A stretch of DNA of 64,000 bases from Fimicolochytrium jonesii (Eukaryota): NCBI RefSeq assembly GCF_025526975.1, contig NW_026515673.1:682001-746000 (forward strand), in the 5' to 3' direction. Below are positions 51,312-61,610 of the stretch, in pieces (position 1 is the stretch's first letter; each line of letters begins with the position of its first letter). Under the pieces are notes generated by a model. The model was given only the letters and a program-made list of their open reading frames with translations. It had not been told where the DNA came from and did not search any database. The position numbers were made by a program, and so were the translations under genes.

Positions 51312-51630
51312 GCATCTGAATACTTTTTTGGAGCCTCCGCTATTGAGCAGTCCACAAAAGCCACACGTCTTGGTGGTGTACGCCTCGTCCTCCAGTTCGA
51401 CGACCAGTCCGTCGATAAGCTCCATCTTGCCAAGGAGCATGGCTTTCAGGGGTCCATGACGCCAGGTCAATAGGTTTCGCTGGGTTGTTGCGTGTAGCTT
51501 TCCCTTTCCTTTGAACTTTCGAGTTTCCGCTGTCCGCAAAGGCCTTTGGACCATGCTGGCAACTTCGAAGATGGATCCGTACACATACTGATAGTTGTCG
51601 GCCAGGTGCTGGGTCACCTTGTATGAGCAT
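51312..51630 (-). mobile_element. Fanzor2/TnpB-like (IS607 OrfB-type) nuclease fragment: RuvC-II plus partial zinc finger
   Basis: YKVTQHLADNY..FEVASMV..TQRNLLTWRH..K..VELEDEAYTTKTCGFCG..GGSKKVFRC matches the TnpB/Fanzor2 C-terminal pattern. RuvC-I and the RDxN RuvC-III motif are missing. Confidence 0.82.
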
Positions 51631-51768
51631 TTAGGGTTCCTTCCTTCTTAGCTTCAATGGTTACGTTGTTTGCGACTGTGACGGTCCGTGTAGCGATTGG
51701 GTGAACGTTGTCCAGTAGGAATTCATCCTTAAAGATGTGATGTGTTGCACATGAATCGAGCCCGATAC
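51620..51768 (-). mobile_element. Ty1/copia aspartic protease fragment (not in the ORF track)
   Basis: Manual translation IGLDSCATHHIFKDEFLLDNVHPIATRTVTVANNVTIEAKKEGTL fits the copia LDSGAT.H...V.VANG..I.A.G.GTL pattern. There is an in-frame stop just upstream. Confidence 0.75.
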
Positions 51769-51960
51769 AGGACTACTGTACAGTAAGTTGGCTTCTGCTT
51801 GTACCAGCGTGTTCTAATGTTCTATGGCTGCAAAGCAGAAATTGGCGCGGCACTGTGGAGTCTCATGAGTTCCCGTACTGAGTGGGCAAGTCACGTGTGT
51901 AGCGCATGTTGACGGGAAACTTGGGACTTCCTCAACTTTACAATTGTCCATTTTACCAAC

Positions 51961-53090
51961 ATGGACGCACAGCTGACATCGATCGTACACGCGGAGTTGG
52001 AGGGCATTCCAACAGAGCACCATGAAAGGGTCTTAGCGTTAGCCAACGCCGTAGCCAACGCCGTAGCTAATAGCCCACAAAAAGAGGCAAAGGTATTTTT
52101 TTTATTTTTTCATGTTCAGCTTTCGAAATGTTCTGGCAACCTTGTTCGCTTACCTGTAATGGACATATAACACAGCTTACACCTTTTACGAAAATGACTT
52201 GGTCGGAGATGAAAAGCGCGGAAGGCCTACACCTCGATGTTCGCAACGTAGAACTGGCGACTAGGAGAGCGGTGACTTCCTTGTCGTTGCCGCCATTTCT
52301 AGATAGCGTTCAGCCAACAGAACACCTCAAGGGGCAACTCGCTCGGCTCGAGCGTACCTGGAGTCGCAACTCTGAGGCTGGACGCCGTACCTTTGTCGAT
52401 GCCTTACTTGCTGAGGCCGTGGACACCTTTTACCATGGCATCTTGGTTGATGAGAGGTCCAGCGAGTCCATGCTCGATAGCGTGGATGTTGAGCCGCCGG
52501 AATCAGGTTCTACCGCGCCTCTGCGAGTTTTTTCCGAAGTCGAAATCAAATGGAGCGGTGCTTGCAAAGGAGTAACCGGGAACGTTGATTATCTTTTTGG
52601 GCACGCAGATGCGGACGATGTGGAGGAAGGGATGAAAGATTCCTTTTTGATTGCGGTTGAAGCGAAGAAAGAATGGCCGGATTCCGCAGTACGGCAAGCT
52701 ATTGCAGAAGGTACGCAAATAGTCCCCAGATAGCCTGTTCCTTAGACAGAGGTTTAACCCGTTATGGCGATTCTAGGTGGCGTCCTTTTGCGATACCGAC
52801 AGAAGAACAACAAAACGGGACCTGTGTTCGTCGTCCTAACCAATGCAACATTTTGGGTGTTTTATTGTATTGACAATAATGGTGTTGTATATAGTTCAGG
52901 ACCGGAGATTGTTTTTGGGGAGACCACGCTGCCTATGATTCTGCGATGGTTGCGCTGGTTTGTTATGGCTGCTGCTGTCACCTCGCCGCGTGCTTCGACA
53001 GTAGATATGACGGACGAGGAAAAGACCAGGGTGCAGAGTTCATTGACGGAGTACTGTGTAAAATTGTGGGAAAAGAGGAGTAGAAAATAA
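51961..53090 (+). CDS. Spliced PD-(D/E)xK nuclease-fold protein (HsdR-N-like / CRN-type REase)
   Basis: SEAGRRTFVDALL, FSEVEI, GNVDYLF, IAVEAKK, RQAIAE, VVLTNATFWVF. Introns 52093-52175 and 52711-52776 give an uninterrupted frame. Confidence 0.75.
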
Positions 53091-53704
53091 AGGAAGACCT
53101 TCTGGTGCGGTGCCTTGTAATACTCCGTTCTCTCACTGAAGAGTTTCCGCCCAGCCTACTCCACCCTCAACCGGCTCAGTTTCGCCTTCTCCAGCGAGCT
53201 TAGCAGATCCAGCCCAGCTGGCTCACGTTGAAAAAAAATGAGCGAAAGAAGAAGTTGCAGGAGCTGGACGATGCCGCGGACCGCGTGCGCCTGATAATGG
53301 GCAGGATTAGCGGAATTTCAGTTCCCGCTGCGTCGTCAAGTTTCTCTGGAAGGAGCAGCTGGAACCCACTGGTGGAACACAAATTGAAAGTTGAACAAGG
53401 GGTTGGGCTGCGAAGCAAGGAAACCAGGTGAGTCGTCGCTGACTTGAGCGGAACGATCGGCTCAGTTCCGTCCACTGCCATGACACCCAATTGGAGTCAG
53501 GGACACGGAAAGCTCCGTCTCGACGGCTCCCCGGGGCACTGCACCGCCCGTTCCGACTGAGAGGCAGCCCAGCAACGCCGCCGGATCGAACTCTATAGCG
53601 GCAGGCCGGCTGTTTTGTACACGCTCCATATGGGAAAATTGAGGATGCTCTGGGATGCTTCTTCCCCTTCGGTATTTGCATGCGAAATCACACACCCATC
53701 TTCT

Positions 53705-53920
53705 TATCCGTATTCCAAAATACCTCAACTCGAATCGGTCACCGTTTTCCCTCGGGTGCGGGCGGTGTCTTCTGGTCGCTTTTGCTGCTGTATATGTAGA
53801 GCGGCAAAGGTGGCTTTGATGACGTTGAGAGGGTTGCGGGAACCCCAGACTTTGGCGCTCAAGTCAGAGATGCGGATGCAGCGGCAGATTTCGTGGATGT
53901 GGTTGCTCGCCACCACTCTC
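53705..53920 (-). pseudogene. MRPS5: Fragment of mitochondrial ribosomal protein uS5m C-terminus
   Basis: NHIHEICRCIRISDLSAKVWGSRNPLNVIKATFAAL..QKRPEDTARTRGKTVTD, then a frameshift to ELRYFG. No N-terminal part is present. Confidence 0.78.
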
Positions 53921-54076
53921 TTGCACAAGATGTGCAATTGTGCACCTATGACAATTGCGGGCAGGACGCAGGCATCTCTCATCCGACGTCTGCGCCTACC
54001 CTTCAAAGACCGGGACTTCGTATCACTTTCAGGAGTGGCCCTTTACAGGTGGCATCAATTTGCGCTAGGAGGACGT

Positions 54077-54320
54077 ACATGCCCCAACCCTGTCTCTAAC
54101 CCTTTGCGTTCCACCTATCAAGCAACCAGCAGTACACTCCTCGTAGCCATCAACAACCTCGGTTCCCGATCGGCGCTTGCCAAGCGCGTCCTGGGTCCAT
54201 CTTCACTATTTGAACACCCAGTCACCCTGCAGATATCCTCCCGACGAGCCCAACCAGCTTGCAGCACTCCTCGACATTGGTGCCATGCCCTGCTTCATGG
54301 ATGAAAACTACAGGTCCCGC
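54077..54320 (+). mobile_element. Ty3/gypsy gag-end plus protease fragment, inverted relative to the adjacent gag
   Basis: TCPNP..LFEHPVTL(frameshift)QLAALLDIGAMPCFMDENY. The catalytic D codon is at 54273-54275. Confidence 0.65.
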
Positions 54321-54321
54321 T

Positions 54322-54700
54322 AGTCCTTGTGATGTGACCTGGCTTGCCACAGTAAAGGCAGAGCTTGTTTGTGATCCGGTGTTGTCGTTCTTGGGCTGTC
54401 AGGGGCCCTCGAGGTCGCACCGCATCGATAATCATTGGTCGTCCGGGCGAGTTTGAAGGGGTACGGGGATCGTGCTTGTCGCAGAGGGTAAGGTTTGTCG
54501 GTTTTCGGTTTCGTTCCTGGCGGCGTTCGAAGTGGACCACGGTAAGTAGTCCTTGCAATGTGTGGAGAGGTGCGGCTGCGTCTGGCTGCATCCGGCTGCG
54601 TGCGGCTGCGAGGTTGAGTTCGACGAGTTGTTGACAGTGACAGGCTGTCAAGCCTTGTGCTGAGGTAAGCGCTGAGGTAAGCCATGGTATGGACGCATAA
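54322..54700 (-). mobile_element. Ty3/gypsy gag C-terminal remnant with zinc knuckle
   Basis: ERRQER..PMIIDAVRPRGPLTAQERQHRITNKLCLYCGKPGHITRT. Confidence 0.8.
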
Positions 54701-55064
54701 CAGACCTCTTCACATAGCTCACGGAGATGAGGAAGGCGATCCGGTTCCTGCCTATGATTCTCTTGAATGGTTCCCTGTTCTTTCTTTGCCACTTTCGCGC
54801 TTTACATTGGGCCTCCTCACCATTCAGTACAGTAAGTGACTGCATTCGTCGCAAGTGAACCCATTGTTACAACATGGCTGCGGCATGAAAGATGCGGCGA
54901 CGCGCAATCCACCGCCCATATCTAGATTGGGCTGCATCTACATACATGGCCGGAATGTACATGTTTGGGCTGCAACTGTATAGATTGTAAATGTATGTGA
55001 CGGACTGAACCAGACATATACTGTCTGCTTTGACATGAAAGGGGTAGGTTCCGATAAATGACGC

Positions 55065-56400
55065 CTAAAGGGCGGCCGCGACGGAGCCAGACAAGGCCAT
55101 AACCGCCACCCAAAGCGCATTGCAAGTGGCAACCGGCATGGCAGCGGCGGTCTGGACTTTGTCCGTCACTGGTACAGTCACCGGGGTGCTTGGCTTGTAG
55201 GTGGTTTTGACCTCCGCGAGCGCGGCCTTGTACGCTTTGACGCGTAGTCGGGCACTGAGGATGCGCTCGGATGTCGTCAGGTAGAGGGGCATTGTTCTGT
55301 TGCCGCTTCACGAAGCGTTTGTGGACGGGACTTGCCGGTGAGTCTCCTCCATCCTTGGGGGGAGTAGGGGGAGTACGGAAGGCCGGGAAGTCCTTGGGCG
55401 GATCGCTTGGGAAGTCTGGGAAGTCCTTCGGGGGAAAGTTCTTGGGCGGATCGCTTGGGAAGTCTGGGAAGTCCTTCGGGGGAAAGTCCTTGGGCGGATC
55501 GCTTGGGAAGCCTGGGAAGTCCTTCGGGGGAAAGTCCTTGGGCGGATCGCTTGGGAAGTCTGGGAAGTCCTTGGGGGTGGGGGGGAGGGGGGGGGGTTGC
55601 TCGGCGGCCAGTCCTTCGGGGGATTGCTAGGCGGCCAGTCCTTGGAGGGATTGCTTGGAAAGTCCTTTGGAAAATTCGGGAATGGCTGGGCAGGACGGTT
55701 GGGGAACTCGCCGAAGCCTTTCGGCGGCCAGTCCTGTGGCATATCAGGGATTTGGTCTTTCGGGAATCCCTTGAAGTCGGGAACGGACCGTTCAAAATCC
55801 GAGAAACCATCATAATCCTTTCCGGCCAATCCGCCGGGTGCTGGAAGTCTGGACTATTTTATATGCCGGTGGAGCAGATTTGAAATCGGGAATCTTCAGA
55901 GCCGACCAGTCCGGAAGTTGATTTTGCTGGAACACGGGGAAAGTCGATATGGAATTGTCGGCAATCGCGAGCCAGTCTTTTGGAGAAACGGGGTTGAAGC
56001 CGGGATACACTGAGTTCCAGTCGGCCCCTGCCGGTGGTGGTGGAGCAAATCCATTGACGGCAATCGTACTCGGGGGGCGACCATTTTCATCAAAGTCAAC
56101 CTTGATGCTTCCCTGGTCAACCGGCAACCCAATTTTCTCAAAATAGCTGCACAGGTTTTTCACAAGACGGGTAAGTGTTTCTTTTTTCCTTCAAGTCACC
56201 TATAGCCGGGTTTCACAACAGTAAAGATGGTACGTACATTTCCGAGCCTTGGTTGACCTTCTCCTCCCGGACCTGGCAACTATCCCCAGCCGTGACACCC
56301 AGCATCGCCTCGCCCCCTTTTTGGCGTACTCCTCTTCAATCCTCTCACGCTCCACTTCCTCCGGGGTTGACGGAGTCCAAGACGATTGGTACGGAGGAAT
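55065..56400 (-). pseudogene. Frameshifted Pro/Asp-rich repeat protein with GPI-signal-like C-terminus
   Basis: PPKDW/PPKDF motifs, HKRFVKR dibasic sites and hydrophobic end NALWVAVMALSGSVAAAL*. At least four frameshifts (about 55855, 55820, 55585, 55262). 5' boundary uncertain. Confidence 0.6.
55388..55576. repeat. 48-bp coding tandem repeat, about 4 copies (PPKDFPDFPSDPPKDF on the minus strand)
   Basis: Unit AAGTCCTTGGGCGGATCGCTTGGGAAGTCTGGGAAGTCCTTCGGGGGA. Near-identical copies with no spacers. Confidence 0.93.
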
Positions 56401-56869
56401 AACGTTATGAGAAGAGGCACGCCCCCCGGGCACAGCATCCTGCATGTATACCCATAGGATACCGTAGTTAACCCCATACAGTGCCGAGGGGCATGGTTTT
56501 AGTCTTGTACACCGGTGATTACGAAATAATTGATGCATCCGTCCGACAGGAAGAACGAGGCAGCCATTGACAGTAAATAAACGTCACCGCGTTTCATGGA
56601 AGGCCAAATCGGACCTCCAAATTGAAACCCCACGCATTGCTTCCACATTACGCACACTCATCCCTCAAACCTCCTTGCAGCAACCACCGCACTCGACCAT
56701 AGTGGTGCACCTGTAAGACTTGCGAGCGAAAAGCTCGGTTTGCTCTGACGCCGACTCGTTCTTCGTGACCGCTATATCGTTCCGTGAGCGACGTCGAGTG
56801 CCAAATAAAGACGTTCATAGCTAGAAGACAGGTCCGGTCTCTGAAACCTGCCTACGATTGAAAAAAGGA

Positions 56870-59800
56870 ATGTTCTCGAACAACCCTAAAGGAGTACGAG
56901 CGCAACCCAAAACTTTAAGGTCAGTCGCTTCTCATGTCAAGTACTTGATCGGCATGCGAATGCGATCGACTGAGACACCGAAACCTGACCACAGTTTTGG
57001 GTTTGTAGACCACCGTCGACCTTATCGAACCTTACTTCATACATCGGCGGTCTTTCCTCTTACGTCGTTCAGAACCTGCCTGAGAAGTTGAATTGGAACC
57101 CGCAAAGCGAGCCGTGCGCTGACGACGTAAACCCATCCGATTTTGAACAAGAGACTGTGCTCACTGCGGCGTTCTGTTGGGTTGATTGGGAGATCCCTGG
57201 AGTTGTCCAGAAATTGGGGAGGAAGAGACGTTTATGCTTGCTGTTGGGATACCCTGCCGGGTTTCAGATATGGGACGTATCCGACACGGATAACGTGCAG
57301 GAGGTGGCCTCGTTCCGAGGGATCTATCGCGATGTGGGATGGATTCAGGTGGGTCATTTGGCCTTGCTGCGCGGAATCTCCAGGAGCCAGTATCTGATGA
57401 TTTGCTCATCAGGCCGTGCCCGACCCTCTTACAAGGGAATCTGCGCAGGATAAGTTCAAAGCAAGTCGACCGCTTGTTGCTTTGATGTAAGTTCCCACGC
57501 CGTGTTCTGACCAGCATGCCATATTTGAGTATGCTAACAGTTGGTTACAGTGCGGACGTGGACAGTCAAAACAGCCCTCGATCGAAAGCTGCACCTATTG
57601 CGGTGCAATCAACCAGAGTGCTGCAGCTCTTTTCTATGAGCGGATTACAACCTGTGAAGACATTGGACTTTGGATCTAGCGTTCCTCTCGAGGCGAGATG
57701 CACCGCGCGAGCATTGGCAGTGGTATGACTGATCGGTGGTCATCTCATGCCATGACTTGCGCTAAACCTTATCTCACAGGTTCTCAACTCCAACACCATC
57801 CAAGTTTTCAGTTCGCTGACCTTGCAAAAGCTTGCCACTTTCGGAGACGTAGCCTCGACTCCACTCCATGATGGCGCTGTCTTCGATCTGGGCTTGCGTT
57901 ATATTATTTACGCGACGTCAACGCTACCGCCGACCAAAACGACAGCTACTCTCCGAGGAGGTGATCAACTTGATAGCGACGAGTCCGATGAGTTGAAGGA
58001 GATGGGTGTGGCACGAAAGGTGGCGGGAAAGGTGGCCAAGGAGCTGGTGATAGGAGCCAAAGTTTTGGGAGAATACGGATATCAAGCTCTCAACAGCTAC
58101 TTAGCGCCAAAGCCCGGTGCGAAGGCTGCTGACGGGGATGGTGATCCCAGACGCTCAATGGAAGGAGAGAGGCAGCCACGCCCAAGGGACAAAATGGCCG
58201 CCTCTAGCGCCTCTAGTGGCCGTGGAGAGCAAAGCCGGCTTGCCGGGGCAACAGGAGTGGTGAGGCCGTTGTGTCATTCTCTTCCCGCTGTGCATGCGCT
58301 GACCGGATTCCTTGAGCAGGTCATCGTTCATCGGATTCCCAGTTCCGCGAGTGGGGTGTCAGACTCCTCTCCAACCAACTTCGAGCCTATGCAAGCCATA
58401 GCTCATTGGAAACCACACTCGAATCCTGTCTCAGTTATCCACTTCAATCCCAATCAAAGTCTCGTGCTGACTGCCTCCACACAAGCCAATGCATTTTACC
58501 TGTGGGAAGTGCCTTCAAATAGCGCCAAGGGCATTCCCAAGACAAGTGCCCGGTGCATTTACAAGTTGGAAAGAGGATACACTATGGCAACTATTGAGGA
58601 CATCGCCTTCTCGTTAGACTCGCGGTGGATCGGTGTCACCACAGCTCGAGGCACTACGCACGTCTACCATATTGAGCCGCTGGAGCGCGGCAAGCGAAAG
58701 CCAGGCGGTGTTATGGGAGGTCCGCCGTCGGCTGATGAGAGGTTGAACCTCATCAATGGCGTATTAGAAACAGGAGGGGCCATGCCATCCCACCCGGAGA
58801 CGGAGGTGCAGCATGGCAGCGGCGTGCCGAGCTTGTATCCCGTAGCGAGAATCAAACGGCAGGTTGCGGCAGAAACCGGACGCAGGCAGAGTGATGCATC
58901 TTCATCAATCGGATCTCCGACAGACACAGGCAGCCATTTGACGTTGCCTCACGCGAATGGCCATCCACACGGTCTACTTCTCGCCGCCTTTTTGCCCGAA
59001 GATAGGTGCACACCGGAGGACCGTGCTGGTCGCTCTCGCAGAAGTAGCAATAGCCGTCTCCCAAGTGCAGACCGTAACGGTTCATCTGGATCTGGTAGCT
59101 GGGGCGCACTACGGAACTCCTACGACGCAAGCGGCTTCCCGAAGTCGTGCACAATCTCACAAGTTAGTCGCCAAGGCCTTTTGACATTCCAGTCCGCAGG
59201 CCAAGGTATTCTGATGATCCATCACATGGATGTGATACTTGAAACATTTACTGGACCGCAACATACTACAAATACGTTGTCTCCGTCGCCTGGTAGTCAC
59301 GGAAGTGGGCAGAAGAGCTTCCTCGGGAATCTCAGTTCTAGCCCTTTGGAACGATTCTCTCCTTCAGGTTTCCTCTCGAGCGCATTTCCTGGATTGACAT
59401 TGGGCACCGCGGCGAGTAAGAAGTCTCATTTGCGGGTCAAGGTATCGGATGTGCTGGAATGGGCGGTCAATCGGGAAACCGACTGGGCAGAAGTCAAGTA
59501 TCCGATTCAGGTAAGACTTGCTTTGTCAATCGGATTGGCACTTTCTGAGCGCTCACCCATGTGCCTTCTTGCCAAATCAGCCCCGGACCGTGCATCCAAA
59601 TCGGCCATCCTCAGGAACAAAACCCGCCTCAAGCAAAGGAGGAAAAGCTGAAGCATCGGAAAAGAAGTGGCTTTCGAAAATCGAGATCCGCACTTTCCAT
59701 CCGTCGTTACGACCGCCTGTTTGGACGGGGCCACAGTTCGTATTCCAAGTCTATGACACAACTGCCCGCGCCAGTGTTGCAACAGCGCCACATGGGCCCA

Positions 59801-60477
59801 AACCGGATTTGAGCGACCTCCCTTCTGCTGTTGAACTCAAGATTAGGCGGGAGGCCCCCAAACCATATGGGTAAGTCTACCAAGCATCTCGATACCTCGT
59901 TCCTCCCACAGTCTTGTTTGACATCCATCACTCTGCAGAGAGGAACGCTCTCGCCCAAGCGGCCACTTCCCTGTGCTCGATCGTGGAGACGGTATTCAAG
60001 ACGACATCACTGCCGCTATTGGCTCCAATATCGAGTTCACGCCTTATAAGTTGGATTCTCTCCATGCCTATCATGGTGCGCTCAAAAGTCGAGTTTTCTC
60101 CTGAACACATTACTCACTCATCTCTTTTCCCAGACTCTTTGTCCTTCGAAGATGCCGACCTCATCCAACTACCTCATGAACCCCCGTTCGCGCAACTCCA
60201 CGCATCGACCCATAGCCATCACACAAACTCCAGCCATCGAACAGCAACTCCCGTCAGCGGCGAGGATGTATTTGTTGAAGCACCCGGGCCGAACGGCCTT
60301 CATGAAACGGGTGAAAACCCATCGCATAAGTTTGTGCTGCAATGCACCCCCCCGGCCACGGCCTCACCGATCCCGAACCTGCCTCGAAATCCACGGCACA
60401 CATCGACTGCAGCAGACAGCACGCCGTCCGGCTCACCATCGTCTTTGGCCGGGTCTATGTCTTCTTGGAGGGGTTGA
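56870..60477 (+). CDS. BCAS3: BCAS3-like WD40/PROPPIN-related autophagy protein, multi-exon
   Basis: LLLGYPAGFQIWD, HWKPH..VSVIHF..LVLTAS, YKLERGYT.ATIEDIAFSLDSRWIGVTTARGTTHVY, WLSKIEIRT..R.PVWTGPQF.F. Confidence 0.85.
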
Positions 60478-60758
60478 TCCTTCAGTGTTCCCTGCGTACG
60501 GTTCTTCGTTGGCATGGCCCAACCGTGTTTGTAGCCAAAAAGCGTGCCAGCGCAAAATGCTGATATGGCCCCTGTTCCCAGCGGAATTATGGAAAGCCAA
60601 AACAAAAATTGTACATATAAGTGTTGATTTTTGGAAAGAATACATGAATGTGGTTTTGTTTGCAACTGGCAACTCCGCAGGACGCGTCACCGAAATCGTA
60701 TACCGAAATCAAAAAACCCAGTCTCATCACCTGTCTCCAAACAGAATCAAGCAGCAAG

Positions 60759-61514
60759 ATGCCCTTCGTGAACCCAGACTACAAGGGAAACTCAACCGTC
60801 AGCGCGGGTGAAATCGAGACAGACATCATCCTGACGGCAGAACCGCACACCGATTTATACCGTCGCCCTGGGAAAATCTTCGATAATGCCCCTCGGGGCT
60901 TGATCCCAGCCACGGGCGACTTCAAGTTCCAGGCGGGCTTCACCGCCACGTATGAGGAGGAGTACCAGCAAGCGGGGCTGTGTCTGTATAACGGCCCTGA
61001 GGAGTGGATTAAAGCCGGCGTGGAGAGATACGATGGTAAACCACGCACCTCCGTCGTGGTCAACCGGAAAGGAGGATGGTCGGATTGGTCCGTCTCGGAA
61101 CTCGTATCGAAATATACTGTTGGTCTGGACGTCGACAGCCCGTCGCTCGTGAGGATTGTGATGAGATTCGTGAAGACAGGCGAGACCATTCAGGTGGAGT
61201 TGCTACATGGTGTAACCGGGAAGTGGGAGCTGGTTCGGAAGACGTATGGATGGGATGCGGAGGTTATGAATGTCGGCTTAATGGCCGCTTCCCCCGGAGA
61301 CTTGGGTCTCACGGTCAAATTCCAATTTTCGACGTTGGACCCAGCGCTTGCTCGGGTGGTTGATCCGGGCATGAATGTTGGACGCCAAGCCGGTAGCGAG
61401 CGCACACAGGACCATAGACAACCGTCCGCCCTTGTTTTCCATGTAGTTGACCTTGTTGAGGAAGAATTAGGGAACGAAGCCGAGGACGGAGAAGAAGATC
61501 ATAGTGGGCCATAA
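60759..61514 (+). CDS. DUF1349 / Ree1-like concanavalin-fold protein, intronless, with an atypical C-terminal extension
   Basis: TDLYR..DNAP..GDF..YQQAGL..WIKAGVE..SVV..SDWS..VGLMAASP. Confidence 0.82.
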   Translation: MPFVNPDYKGNSTVSAGEIETDIILTAEPHTDLYRRPGKIFDNAPRGLIPATGDFKFQAGFTATYEEEYQQAGLCLYNGPEEWIKAGVERYDGKPRTSVVVNRKGGWSDWSVSELVSKYTVGLDVDSPSLVRIVMRFVKTGETIQVELLHGVTGKWELVRKTYGWDAEVMNVGLMAASPGDLGLTVKFQFSTLDPALARVVDPGMNVGRQAGSERTQDHRQPSALVFHVVDLVEEELGNEAEDGEEDHSGP

Positions 61515-61610
61515 GTTGGGGCGGGCTGGAAGAAGATGCAGACGGTGACGGCCATTATGGATAGAAGACGAAGAACCAGTATTGGTTGCGAGATCCATTA
61601 GCATAGCTCC
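61353..61610 (-). pseudogene. Fragment of a Prm10/ThrE-family membrane protein gene
   Basis: Manual translation QYWFFVFYP/IMAVTVCIFFQ/RPNLWPTMIFFSVLGFVP*FFLNKV..LSMVLCALATGLASNIHARI, with two frameshifts and a stop at 61467-61469. Confidence 0.6.

Noticed and set aside
51640..51665. TIEAKKE as a paralogue of the neighbouring VEAKKE nuclease motif
   Set aside because: The wider translation fits a copia protease, so the match is coincidental.
53200..53431. Protein-like fragment LADPAQLAHVEK..KKKLQELDDAADRVR
   Set aside because: It looks like another captured piece, but I cannot assign a family.
54890..54925. Helitron 3' end (hairpin plus CTAG)
   Set aside because: The hairpin is weak, and CTAG is followed by A rather than the expected T.
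55388..55576. 48-bp repeats as a CRISPR array
   Set aside because: Contiguous units with no unique spacers, a length that is a multiple of three, eukaryotic context and no cas genes.
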